From Oscillospiraceae bacterium (GTDB lineage Bacteria; Bacillota; Clostridia; Oscillospirales; JAAYXM01): a DNA stretch of 64,000 nt. Position 1 is the stretch's first letter, and each line of letters opens with the position of its first letter. The translations under genes were made by a program, and so were the position numbers. The stretch lies in contig SVLF01000005.1 of assembly GCA_015068085.1 (NCBI GenBank), positions 3,684 through 67,683 of the forward strand, given 5' to 3'. The notes beneath the pieces were generated by a model that worked only from the letters and a program-made list of their open reading frames with translations, was not told the DNA's origin and searched no databases. Positions 34,893 through 43,880 of this stretch are shown here, piece by piece.

Positions 34893-36494
34893 GTGTGGAT
34901 TTGTGTGAACAATGAAAAAAAGCAAAGCTTTGTAAAGGGAGCTGTCATTCTCGCCGGTGCGGGAATAGCGGTAAAAATAATCGGAGCGTTTTATAAGATT
35001 CCGCTTGGCATAATTCTCGGACCCTGCGGGATGGCGAATTTTTCGCTTGCGTATAATATCTATGCGCTTTTGTTTGTGCTGTCAACAGCGGGAGTGCCTG
35101 CCGCAGTATCAAAAATGGTTTCGCAGGCAGAGGCGAAAGGCAGAAGTGCTGACGCCCGGAGAATATACCGTATAGCCTTTTTTACGTTTGCCTGTGCGGG
35201 GGCTGTCGGCTCGCTGCTTTTGTTTTTTTGTGCCGACAGGCTTGCACTTTTAATGGGAAGCGCGGATGCGGCGATGTCCGTGCGGACGATAGCGCCGGCT
35301 GTGTTCTTCGTATCTGCGTCTGCAGTAAGCCGCGGGTATTTTCAGGGGAAGGCGAATATGTATCCGACCGCAATCTCTGAAGTGCTTGAGGCATCGGGAA
35401 AGCTTGTTTTCGGCATAGGTCTCGCGTGGATAATAAAGCGAACGGGAAAGACTGAGGCATTTGTGTCGGCGGGTGCTGTGGCGGGTGTCAGTGCAGGTGC
35501 GTTTTTGTCGGCAGCATATTTTGTTTTTCGGCGTGATAAGAGACAAAAATTGCCGCGCGGCGAAAGGCTTAGGAGCAAGCGCAGCATCCTGCGTGAGCTT
35601 GCATCTCTTGCAATTCCGATTACCGCCGGCGCTGCGGTGATAAGCCTTACAAATGTTATTGACAGTGCGCTTGTTATGAATCTGCTTGCGAAAAACGGTT
35701 TTGGCGTCGGGCGCGCGAAGTGGCTTTATGGAGCATATAACTATGCAGCAACGCTGTTCAATCTTCCGTCTGCGCTTGTGACCACCCTTGCGGTGTCGCT
35801 TATTCCGGCAATTGCATCTGCTTATGCGGGAAAGAATTATATTCTGGCAGATAAGACTGCAAACTCCGCAATGAGCATTGCAATGATGGTTGCCGTTCCT
35901 TCGGCGTGTGGGCTTGCGGCGCTCTCTTATGGGATTGTTGACCTTCTTTATGGTGCGGGGATCACGGCAGAATGCATTGCCGTTTCGGCAAGGCTCCTGA
36001 CGCAGCTTGCGTACGCAATTCCGCTTCTTGCAATAGTCACTGTAACCAATGCAATTCATCAGGCTTTGGGACATCAGAATGTGCCGGTTGTGTCGATGGC
36101 AGCAGGTGCTGCAGTGAAGGTGATTTCAAATTTAATTCTTGTCGGACGCGTGGATATAAATATATACGGCGCTACGGTAAGCACTGTTTTTTGCTATGCT
36201 GCAATCGCGGTTTTGAATATCGTTGCTTTAAAAAAATATCCGTTTATTGAGATGAGTATCTCTAAGATTTTCATAAAACCTGCTCTTTGCGGCATAGCTG
36301 TCTTTGCAACTGCAAGCCGGGTGCATAGCTGTTTGAGTTCTTTGATTGGTGGTAGAATTTCGACAATTTTGTCTGTTTTTGCAGGAATTGCGGTGTATAT
36401 ATTCTGCGTATTCTGTGTCGGGGCGATAAGCAAAGAAGAGAAAAAACTCGTTTTTGGAGAGAAAAACATATCTAAATTTTTTAATAATGATTGA
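34893..36494 (+). CDS. MOP-superfamily polysaccharide/lipid-II-type flippase (YabM/SpoVB-like)
   Basis: Many TM segments, N-terminus KGAVILAGAGIAVKIIG, and a position upstream of mazG as for yabM in B. subtilis. The true start may be GTG 34905. Confidence 0.75.
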   Translation: MWICVNNEKKQSFVKGAVILAGAGIAVKIIGAFYKIPLGIILGPCGMANFSLAYNIYALLFVLSTAGVPAAVSKMVSQAEAKGRSADARRIYRIAFFTFACAGAVGSLLLFFCADRLALLMGSADAAMSVRTIAPAVFFVSASAVSRGYFQGKANMYPTAISEVLEASGKLVFGIGLAWIIKRTGKTEAFVSAGAVAGVSAGAFLSAAYFVFRRDKRQKLPRGERLRSKRSILRELASLAIPITAGAAVISLTNVIDSALVMNLLAKNGFGVGRAKWLYGAYNYAATLFNLPSALVTTLAVSLIPAIASAYAGKNYILADKTANSAMSIAMMVAVPSACGLAALSYGIVDLLYGAGITAECIAVSARLLTQLAYAIPLLAIVTVTNAIHQALGHQNVPVVSMAAGAAVKVISNLILVGRVDINIYGATVSTVFCYAAIAVLNIVALKKYPFIEMSISKIFIKPALCGIAVFATASRVHSCLSSLIGGRISTILSVFAGIAVYIFCVFCVGAISKEEKKLVFGEKNISKFFNND

Positions 36495-36539
36495 AAAATT
36501 TAGGTATTTGAAAAAAATACTTGCAGGAGAGCGATAAAT

Positions 36540-37268
36540 ATGATAAATTTTTTAAGGAAAGAAAAATACGGCTTTGAGGATCTGGTGGAAATCACAAAGA
36601 TTCTCCGCTCGGATGAAGGCTGCCCGTGGGACCGCGAGCAAGACCACAAAAGCATCCGTATGAATTTCGTCGAGGAAACTTATGAGGCATGCGAGGCTAT
36701 CGACAATGACGATCCCGTTCTGCTCTTGGAGGAACTCGGCGATGTTCTCGCGCAAGTCGTTTTTCACGCAGAGCTTGAAACTGAGGCAGGACGGTTTGAT
36801 ATATCGGATGTTGCCGACGGTGTTTGCAAAAAGTTTATTGAGCGCCATCCGCACGTGTTCGGCGATACACAGGCAGATACTGCGGCGCAGGTGCTGAAAA
36901 ACTGGGATGACATTAAGCGTCGGGAAAAAAAGCAGAAGACTCATTTCTCGGCAATGGATTCCGTGGCGAGAAGCCTTCCGTCGCTTATGCGCGCAGAGAA
37001 GCTTCAGAGCAAGGCAAAAAAGGCAGGGCTTCCGCAAAAGAGCATTTCCGAGCTTTCGGAGAAAATCTCAAAAGAGCTTGCGCGCGGAGAAAGAATGGAT
37101 ATCGGAACCGTACTTATGGATGTTGTCCGGGTGTCGCGCCTTCTCGGTGTGAATCCGGAAGAAGCACTTGACCGTCGCAATGAACAGTTTCTTTCTGCTT
37201 TTAAAGCGCTTGAAAATGAAGATGGCGATATTGCCGTTCTTCTTGCGCAAAATGAGGACAAGCTTTGA
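36540..37268 (+). CDS. mazG: MazG-family nucleoside triphosphate pyrophosphohydrolase
   Basis: CPWDREQDHKS and EETYE...EELGD MazG motifs. Confidence 0.85.
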   Translation: MINFLRKEKYGFEDLVEITKILRSDEGCPWDREQDHKSIRMNFVEETYEACEAIDNDDPVLLLEELGDVLAQVVFHAELETEAGRFDISDVADGVCKKFIERHPHVFGDTQADTAAQVLKNWDDIKRREKKQKTHFSAMDSVARSLPSLMRAEKLQSKAKKAGLPQKSISELSEKISKELARGERMDIGTVLMDVVRVSRLLGVNPEEALDRRNEQFLSAFKALENEDGDIAVLLAQNEDKL

Positions 37269-37343
37269 TTTTTATGTACGACTAAACGGTGGGGATGACA
37301 GTTCACGCCTTTTAGATATAAATTAAGATAGGAGGCAAAACAG

Positions 37344-37619
37344 ATGAACAAGACAGAATTGGTAAATGCAGTTGCTGAGAAGGCAGGTCTTTCCAAGAAG
37401 GACGCAGAGAAGGTTATCAACGCTACAGTTGATTCCATCACAGCAGCACTCGTAGCTGGCGATAAGGTTCAGCTCGTAGGTTTCGGTGCATTTGAGGTTA
37501 AGACTCGTGCAGCTCGTCAGGGCCGCAATCCGCGCACAAAAGAAACCATTACCATTCCGGCTTCCAAGAGCCCGGTATTCAAGGCAGGCAAGGCTCTTAA
37601 GGACGCTGTTTCGAAGTAA
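37344..37619 (+). CDS. hup: HU-family DNA-binding protein
   Basis: MNKTELV...GFGAFEV..R.AR.GRNP.T; 91 aa; strong AGGAGG RBS. Confidence 0.95.
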   Translation: MNKTELVNAVAEKAGLSKKDAEKVINATVDSITAALVAGDKVQLVGFGAFEVKTRAARQGRNPRTKETITIPASKSPVFKAGKALKDAVSK

Positions 37620-37641
37620 GAAACACTTCGGCGACTTTATC

Positions 37642-37668
37642 GGGGCAGGCGAGCTCCTGCCCCGATTT
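37642..37668 (+). terminator. intrinsic terminator after hup
   Basis: GGGGCAGG / CCTGCCCC stem followed by GATTT. Confidence 0.6.
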
Positions 37669-37720
37669 GGCAACCGCTAAATCTGATCATGGGCGAAGTG
37701 AAGGTTGTAAGAATTACGCT

Positions 37721-37963
37721 ATGAGAATTGATAAGTATCTCAAGGTTTCACGACTTATAAAAAGAAGGACAGTCGCAAATGAAGCTTGCGACAACGGCAG
37801 AGTCTCGGTAAACGGAAAACTGGTTAAGGCGTCTTATGACGTTAAGGTTTCCGATATTATTGAGATTTCTTTTGGTACACGCACACTTAAAATCCGTGTG
37901 CTTGCCATCTCTGAGCATATGAACAAGGACGAAGCGCACACTATGTATGAAGAAGTGCGCTGA
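37721..37963 (+). CDS. S4-domain RNA-binding protein (YabO/Hsp15-like)
   Basis: MRIDKYLKVSRLIKRR S4 signature. Start trimmed to ATG 37721. Confidence 0.8.
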   Translation: MRIDKYLKVSRLIKRRTVANEACDNGRVSVNGKLVKASYDVKVSDIIEISFGTRTLKIRVLAISEHMNKDEAHTMYEEVR

Positions 37964-38031
37964 TTTTTGATTTTGAGAATAAAACTGTGCATCGCCCAAT
38001 ATACTTTACTAAAAAGTATGGAGGTGCGCAT

Positions 38032-38316
38032 ATGCAGTTTGACGATAAAAATGCTTTACGCGATGTTCCGCAGAACATCATCATTGAAAACAGGTCGCGG
38101 ATGAGCGTTTCCGGGGTTTCCGATGTTGAAAACTTTGACGAAAACTCCGTTGTGCTCTATACAAACCGCGGATTGCTTACCGTAAAGGGCACGGGGATAC
38201 ATATAGAACGGTTAAGCCTTGAAACGGGTGAGCTTTCGCTTGAAGGAACCATTGACGGCGTTGAATACAGCGAGGCTGAGACGGGCGGTGGCTTCTGGTC
38301 ACGTCTTTTCAGGTAA
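38032..38316 (+). CDS. yabP: sporulation protein YabP
   Basis: Size, sequence (IENRSRMSVSGV...VKG) and synteny; GGAGGTG RBS. Confidence 0.8.
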   Translation: MQFDDKNALRDVPQNIIIENRSRMSVSGVSDVENFDENSVVLYTNRGLLTVKGTGIHIERLSLETGELSLEGTIDGVEYSEAETGGGFWSRLFR

Positions 38317-38322
38317 GATATC

Positions 38323-38826
38323 GTGATAAATTCAGTTTCTGCACAAACGGCAGAGTTTTTATTCTCTGCGCTTTTGGGGATTTACCTCGGTGTTTTGTTT
38401 GATGTTATACGCACTGTCCGTGCGTATATGCCGAGAAATCGCGCGGTAACGGCGATATTTGACGTGTTGTTCTGGCTGATTGCAGTTATATCCCTTCTCG
38501 GGTTTGTTATGACGGTTTCCGGAGGAAAAATGCGTTGGTATGTACTTGCGGGGGCATTTTGCGGCGGATTCGTTTATATGGCGGCACTGAGCGAAATTAT
38601 ATATAAGATATTCGTTTCTGCCGTGGCTGTGTCGAAAAAGGTTCTCAGGCTTACTACGCGGCCGGTATATCTGCTTCTCGGTTATATATGGAGAAGCGCG
38701 AAGAAAACGGAACGGAAAACAGAGGCGCGTTTGCGCGAAGGAATAAGAAAAAGAAGAATGAAAAAAAGAAAGGCGGTTTGTGATGGCAGCAAAAAAAAGA
38801 AAAAAAAGGACAGGGCTGTTTCCTAA
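38323..38826 (+). CDS. yabQ: spore cortex biosynthesis membrane protein YabQ
   Basis: Small multi-TM protein with a basic tail directly after yabP. Confidence 0.7.
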   Translation: MINSVSAQTAEFLFSALLGIYLGVLFDVIRTVRAYMPRNRAVTAIFDVLFWLIAVISLLGFVMTVSGGKMRWYVLAGAFCGGFVYMAALSEIIYKIFVSAVAVSKKVLRLTTRPVYLLLGYIWRSAKKTERKTEARLREGIRKRRMKKRKAVCDGSKKKKKKDRAVS

Positions 38827-39073
38827 GCTGCTCCTTTTTGTGTTTGTGGTTTACGCTGCCGGGATTCTTATATCCAATCAGATAAAGATAAACCGGCTGG
38901 AAAGTGATACAAGTGCTCTCGATGAGCTTATAGCTACGGAATCAATGAAAAAAGCTCAGCTCGAGCAGATTCTCAGCGCTGAAATAGATGACGATTATGT
39001 TACGAAAGAAGCGCAGAGCCAGGGCTACGCCGCGCCGAATGAGCGCGTTTTTGTAGATGTTTCGGGAAGCTGA
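38783..39073 (+). CDS. divIC: septum formation initiator (DivIC/FtsB family)
   Basis: Basic N-terminus, single TM, then a coiled coil; conserved position after yabQ. Confidence 0.7.
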   Translation: MAAKKRKKRTGLFPKLLLFVFVVYAAGILISNQIKINRLESDTSALDELIATESMKKAQLEQILSAEIDDDYVTKEAQSQGYAAPNERVFVDVSGS

Positions 39074-39119
39074 TAAAGAAAGGCTTTCTAAAAATACAAA
39101 GGAGGACGCAGTACGGAGT

Positions 39120-39527
39120 ATGGGACTCGAAGTAGGTACTATTTGTAACGGAAAGGTCACATCTATCGCGAAATACGGAGCGTTTGTCTCGCTTGAAGAG
39201 GGAAAGAGCGGGATGGTACATATTTCCGAAATTTCGCACACTTATGTAAACGACATAAGTGAGCATCTGAAGGTTGGTCAGGAGGTAAAGGTAAAGGTAA
39301 TCGGCATTGATGAGAACAAGCGCATAAGCTTGTCGATAAGAAAAGCCGAGCCGAAGCCCGAAAGACCTGCTCAAAGCTTCCAGCCGAGGAATAATCCCGT
39401 GCGTGAGCAGTCGGAAATGTCGTTTGAGGATAAGCTCAAGCAGTTTATGCAGGACAGCGACAGCAAGATTTCCGGCATAAAGCAGTATTCAGACAGAAAA
39501 GCGGCAAACAGACGTCCGCGCAGATAA
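39120..39527 (+). CDS. S1-domain RNA-binding protein (YabR-like)
   Basis: GKVTSIAKYGAFVSLEEGKSGMVHISE S1 motif. Start trimmed to ATG 39120. Confidence 0.8.
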   Translation: MGLEVGTICNGKVTSIAKYGAFVSLEEGKSGMVHISEISHTYVNDISEHLKVGQEVKVKVIGIDENKRISLSIRKAEPKPERPAQSFQPRNNPVREQSEMSFEDKLKQFMQDSDSKISGIKQYSDRKAANRRPRR

Positions 39528-39542
39528 CCAATGCACTAAAGT

Positions 39543-39596
39543 CCGGGCAGGACTGCAACAAAATGTAGATTGTTGCAGTCCTGCCCGGTATTTTTT
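39543..39596 (+). terminator. strong intrinsic terminator
   Basis: 18-bp stem CCGGGCAGGACTGCAACA / TGTTGCAGTCCTGCCCGG followed by TATTTTTT. Confidence 0.85.
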
Positions 39597-39641
39597 CGCG
39601 AACTTCTTAATATAATTAAGTGTCAACAAAAAAGGAGATAC

Positions 39642-39667
39642 ATCTGTCTGAATAAATTCAGACAGAT
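39642..39667. promoter_or_regulatory. perfect 26-bp palindrome upstream of spoIIP (candidate operator)
   Basis: ATCTGTCTGAAT-AA-ATTCAGACAGAT, 12-bp arms with no mismatch, 29 nt before ATG 39696. Confidence 0.5.
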
Positions 39668-39695
39668 AAGAGATAAAAGAGAATAGTGAAGAGGT

Positions 39696-40853
39696 ATGAT
39701 CGTAAAAATGAGAAAGAGAAGAAAAAAACGCGGTTTATTGCTTCTTGCGGCGGTGTTTATGCTCAGTGCCGCAGCGATACGCCTGCTGTCATCAAGCGGC
39801 GCGGAAAGATATATAAAAGAAAAGCTTGTTAACCTGCTGTCTGATGAGGAATTTGTAAGGTATGCAATGTCGGGGCAAACACCTCTTATCCACAGTGACG
39901 GAGAGAAAAAAGTTTTGCGTGTCTTTGCTTCTCCGCTGCCATATACGGGAGATGCGGAAGAAACCGCGCCGGAGGCTGAGACTGAGCAAGCGGAGGTAGG
40001 ACAAGAAAAAAAGGAAAGCCTTACGGTGTGGGAATATACCCCGGGCGGTGAGAAAAAAGAGAAAACATATCCGATAGAAAACACAACGATAAGTCCAAAG
40101 TCTGATAAGGGGTATGTGCATCACGGAAACATATGGGTAAAGAATGACAGCACAAAGGGAATTGATCTTAAATGGCTGCTTTCTGCAAAGCTTCCGTTCA
40201 AGCTTACGGGAAACGGCCCGCATGTGCTTATAGTGCACACTCATGGAAGCGAGAGCTATCTCCCGCAGGGCAGGGACACATATACCCTTACGGACGTGGA
40301 GCGCACATCGGATAAAAAATACAATGTTATACGCGTCGGGGACGAGCTTGAAGCGGCATTAAAGGCAGAGGGAATATCTGTTATACATGAACGCAATATT
40401 TACGACAGTCCGTCGTATAACGGCTCTTATACCCGAACTCTTGAAAGCATAGGCGCACATCTTAAGAAAAATCCGTCGATCAAGGTCGTGATAGATGTTC
40501 ACCGCGATGCCATGACGGCAAACGACGGAACAAAATACAGAACGGTGGCCGAGGTGAACGGTCAGCGTGTAGCTCAGATGATGCTCGTTATGTCTACCGG
40601 CGAGAGCGGATTGCCGCATCCGGATTGGGCGGAAAACTTAAAGCTTGCGGTTAAGCTTCAGAATGCAATGGCGAGTAAATACCCGGACATAATGCGCCCG
40701 ATAAACCTGCGCAAGGAGCGCTTTAATATGCACGCGACAAAGGGATCTATGCTCGTTGAAGTGGGAACAAGCGCAAATTCGCTCTCGGAAGCGATTGCAT
40801 CCGTGAAGCTTTTGGGAAAAGAACTTGCAGGAATACTGAAAACAGCAAAATAA
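39696..40853 (+). CDS. spoIIP: stage II sporulation protein P (SpoIIP amidase family)
   Basis: VLIVHTHGSESY and VIDVHRDA motifs typical of SpoIIP; N-terminal TM anchor. Confidence 0.8.
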   Translation: MIVKMRKRRKKRGLLLLAAVFMLSAAAIRLLSSSGAERYIKEKLVNLLSDEEFVRYAMSGQTPLIHSDGEKKVLRVFASPLPYTGDAEETAPEAETEQAEVGQEKKESLTVWEYTPGGEKKEKTYPIENTTISPKSDKGYVHHGNIWVKNDSTKGIDLKWLLSAKLPFKLTGNGPHVLIVHTHGSESYLPQGRDTYTLTDVERTSDKKYNVIRVGDELEAALKAEGISVIHERNIYDSPSYNGSYTRTLESIGAHLKKNPSIKVVIDVHRDAMTANDGTKYRTVAEVNGQRVAQMMLVMSTGESGLPHPDWAENLKLAVKLQNAMASKYPDIMRPINLRKERFNMHATKGSMLVEVGTSANSLSEAIASVKLLGKELAGILKTAK

Positions 40854-40888
40854 GGTGTGGCGATTTTAGCTCGCCACACCTTATTTGA
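40852..40888. terminator. bidirectional hairpin between spoIIP (+) and mnmE (-)
   Basis: 12-bp stem AAGGTGTGGCGA / TCGCCACACCTT with a weak T-tract. Confidence 0.55.
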
Positions 40889-40893
40889 GTAAA

Positions 40894-42267
40894 TTACTTC
40901 CCGACGCAGAAGCGGCTGAAAATTTCGTTGATTATCGTATCCTGCGCAGAATTGCCGGTTATTTCGCTGAGAATGTTTATTGCAGCTTCAATATCGCTGA
41001 CGGCAAGATCGGCGTAAATTCCGCCGCCAAATGCGTCTGCGGCGGCGCGTATGCGCTCTTCCGCACGGTTGAGCGTTGATGCGTGGCGGGGATTGGTAAG
41101 CGTCCTTCCGTCGCAGGGAATATCTGAAACGTTGAAAATTTCGCATATCTTGTCAACAACAGCGCGTGTTCCGGTGTTCAGCTTTGCGGATATTTCGATA
41201 ACCGGAAGGTCGCCGAAAACGCTTCTGTCTATGACCGTGCCGAGATCGTTCTTGTTTATAACGCAAAGGCTTCTCGCGCCCTTTGCAAGGTCGAGTGTCT
41301 GCATATCATATTCATCAAGAGGTGAGCTTCCGTCAAATACCGCAACCACGATATCGGCATCGCGTGCTGCCGCTTCGCTTCGCTTGATACCGAGGCGTTC
41401 AGGTTCGGTGTCGGCGTTGCGGAGTCCCGCGGTGTCAATAAGATGAAGTGCAACGTTTCCTGCGCGTAGGGATTCTTCCACCGTATCGCGCGTTGTACCC
41501 TCAATATCGGTAACAATGCTTCGCTCGGTGCCGAGCAGTGCGTTCAAAAGTGAGGATTTTCCGACATTCGGTCGCCCGATAAGCGCAACGCGTATTCCCT
41601 CGCGGAAAATTCTGCCGGAGGAATATGTTCCGGCAAGCGCTTTTGCGCTGTCAGCGCAGGCGTATAGCTTTGCGGCAAGCTCATCGCGCTCCGTCTGTTC
41701 AATTTCGTCATCGGGATAATCGACAAACGCGTAAAATTCTGCAGCTATGGAAGTGAGAGAAGCCGAAATTGCGGAAATTTCGCAGCCTAACCGTCCGTTC
41801 ATCTGCTCGGCGGCATTCTTTGCGGCAAGCTCGGTTTCCGAGTCGATAAGGTCAATTACAGCCTCTGCCTGAGTCAAGTCCATTTTTCCGTTTAAGAATG
41901 CCCGGCGGGTAAACTCACCTGCAGCTGCGGGGCGCGCGCCGGCGTGAAAGAGGGAGGAGAGAACGGTTCTCAGAACGGCAGTGGAGCCGTGGCAGTAAAG
42001 CTCGGCAGAGTCCTCTCCGGTAAAGCTTGCGGGGGCTTTGAAAAATACGCCCATGCCGTAGTCGCAGACCTCGCCGATTTCCGAAAGCATTTTCCCTGTG
42101 ACCATTTTGCGCGGCTCGGAGATATCGCCGGAAAAGACTTTTTTAGTAATCTCAAAGGCGTTATCGCCCGAAATGCGTATTATACCTATTGCACTTTTGG
42201 CAGGCGGGGTTGCAACCGCCGCAATTGTATCGCTCATAAATAAGATAACCGCGCGCGTTATCAGCAC
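40894..42267 (-). CDS. mnmE: tRNA modification GTPase MnmE
   Basis: DTIAAVATPP N-terminus, G-domain motifs (GRPNVGKSS, DTAG) and C-terminal FCVGK. GTG 42267 has the better SD (AAAGGAGAA). ATG 42237 gives the family-typical MSDTIAA start. Confidence 0.9.
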   Translation of the reverse strand: MLITRAVILFMSDTIAAVATPPAKSAIGIIRISGDNAFEITKKVFSGDISEPRKMVTGKMLSEIGEVCDYGMGVFFKAPASFTGEDSAELYCHGSTAVLRTVLSSLFHAGARPAAAGEFTRRAFLNGKMDLTQAEAVIDLIDSETELAAKNAAEQMNGRLGCEISAISASLTSIAAEFYAFVDYPDDEIEQTERDELAAKLYACADSAKALAGTYSSGRIFREGIRVALIGRPNVGKSSLLNALLGTERSIVTDIEGTTRDTVEESLRAGNVALHLIDTAGLRNADTEPERLGIKRSEAAARDADIVVAVFDGSSPLDEYDMQTLDLAKGARSLCVINKNDLGTVIDRSVFGDLPVIEISAKLNTGTRAVVDKICEIFNVSDIPCDGRTLTNPRHASTLNRAEERIRAAADAFGGGIYADLAVSDIEAAINILSEITGNSAQDTIINEIFSRFCVGK

Positions 42268-42295
42268 GGTTTTCTCCTTTCAGATAAGTTTGATG

Positions 42296-43045
42296 TCAGT
42301 TTCGTCTTGCAACATAGAAAATGCGTTGCTCATCATCAGCGGGGGGATTTTCGGAAAGCTCTCCAAAAACGGCGAGAAGGGAAAACTCTGCATTTTCCAG
42401 TGCGTTTTTTATCTCATCGTATGAATGGGCACGCTCTGTGTGTTCCTCCTGCTCCCTTGACCACAGCTCGCCGCAGTTTTTGAATATATCATAAAAAAAC
42501 GTGCACAGCTGCGAGTCTTTATCATATTCCGCGCTCCATGTGCAGAAGAAATCCTCGTTTTCGCGAAGAAAAACGGAGCCGTCAAGATTTCGGAATTTTG
42601 CATCGGTATTCACATCGAATATAAAAAGACCGCCGGGACGGATAAAAAACTTGAGCCGCGAGAAAGCCTGACTAAGAAGCTCACGGCTTGTAAGATAATT
42701 TATGCTGTCAAGACAGCACACCGCGGCATCAACAGTGCCGTAAAGGTCAAGCTCTTCCATGCTCTGGTGGAGAAACATCGGCGGAGTTCCGGAAACGGTC
42801 CACGCTTTTGCCTGAGCTTCAGCAAGCATATCCTCAGAGGCGTCCGTGCCGATGACCTCAAACCCGCGCTCGGCTAAAATTACCGAGAGAGAGCCTGTGC
42901 CGCAGGCAAGATCAAGAACGTCGTGTACTCCGTCTTTGTCGGAATATTTATCAAAAAGACCGGTGAGATAGTCTGCCCATAGCGAATAGCGGACGTCGCC
43001 GGTAAACTCATCGTAGCATTCTGCGAGTGAGGTATAGCTGCTCAT
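42296..43045 (-). CDS. class I SAM-dependent methyltransferase
   Basis: VLDLACGTG motif I; GAGGAAAA RBS. Confidence 0.8.
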   Translation of the reverse strand: MSSYTSLAECYDEFTGDVRYSLWADYLTGLFDKYSDKDGVHDVLDLACGTGSLSVILAERGFEVIGTDASEDMLAEAQAKAWTVSGTPPMFLHQSMEELDLYGTVDAAVCCLDSINYLTSRELLSQAFSRLKFFIRPGGLFIFDVNTDAKFRNLDGSVFLRENEDFFCTWSAEYDKDSQLCTFFYDIFKNCGELWSREQEEHTERAHSYDEIKNALENAEFSLLAVFGELSENPPADDEQRIFYVARRN

Positions 43046-43785
43046 AATTTTTCCTCCGGTTGGGATGATTGTATATTAGCTTTTGTTGTTTTGCGTTGTT
43101 TGTATTGCAGCTTGCCGAGCAATGTGAAGTATCCGATAAGGGTTACGGCAAAAGCACCTACGGCATCAATTATGATATCCTTCATGGTATCGCCGAGAGC
43201 GGCGTGGCCGATAAGATCGGTTCCGTCAGAAAGACGGAATTTTTGCATGTTCAGACCGAAAATTGCATCGCCAGTAAATTCGTATATCTCCCACAGCGCA
43301 CCTACAGCGAGTGCGAAGCAAAAAGCAAACAAGCATATAAAAAGCGGACTTAAGGTAACGTGTATTTTTTCGGAGTCATTCAGTATTCGTACAAGCGTAA
43401 AGCCAAGGGCACCGAGCATGGAGCCTGAAAAAGCATGGAGAATGGTATCCCAATGGGGAACAAGATAATAAAAGTTTCTTACTTCACCGAGGTATATGGC
43501 ACAGTACAGAAAGATAAAATAAAGAATACTCATATAGTTTGGAAGTTCAAAAGACCATTTGCGCTCAATAAGCGCAGGAAGTCCAATGACAAGAAGCCCG
43601 AGACAGCATTGAATAAGCATAAGAACATAGTCGCTGCGCACGTGAGTTCCCATATCCGGAACAGGAACGCGCTCGGGGGTTATTGCAATTTTTACAACAG
43701 CATATCCTATCGACAGAAAAAGAGTAATAAAAACAAATATGCCGATACCGCGCTTCCAATTGATTTTCTTTTTCACAGCAGTCAC
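43042..43785 (-). CDS. integral membrane protein of unknown function (YjdF/DUF2238-like guess)
   Basis: About 6 TM segments; the stop overlaps the methyltransferase start. The family guess is weak. Confidence 0.4.
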   Translation of the reverse strand: MTAVKKKINWKRGIGIFVFITLFLSIGYAVVKIAITPERVPVPDMGTHVRSDYVLMLIQCCLGLLVIGLPALIERKWSFELPNYMSILYFIFLYCAIYLGEVRNFYYLVPHWDTILHAFSGSMLGALGFTLVRILNDSEKIHVTLSPLFICLFAFCFALAVGALWEIYEFTGDAIFGLNMQKFRLSDGTDLIGHAALGDTMKDIIIDAVGAFAVTLIGYFTLLGKLQYKQRKTTKANIQSSQPEEKL

Positions 43786-43846
43786 CGCCTTTATAAAAAT
43801 TATATATTATCAGGATAAAATTGTCAACAAATCCCGAAATATATAC

Positions 43847-43875
43847 TTGCACAAATTGCGATATACATATATAAT
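43847..43875 (+). promoter_or_regulatory. consensus-like promoter (TTGCAC-17-TATAAT) abutting the exonuclease ATG
   Basis: TTGCAC 43847-43852, 17-nt spacer, TATAAT 43870-43875. ATG 43881 is only 5 nt downstream. Confidence 0.5.
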
Positions 43876-43880
43876 ATACA

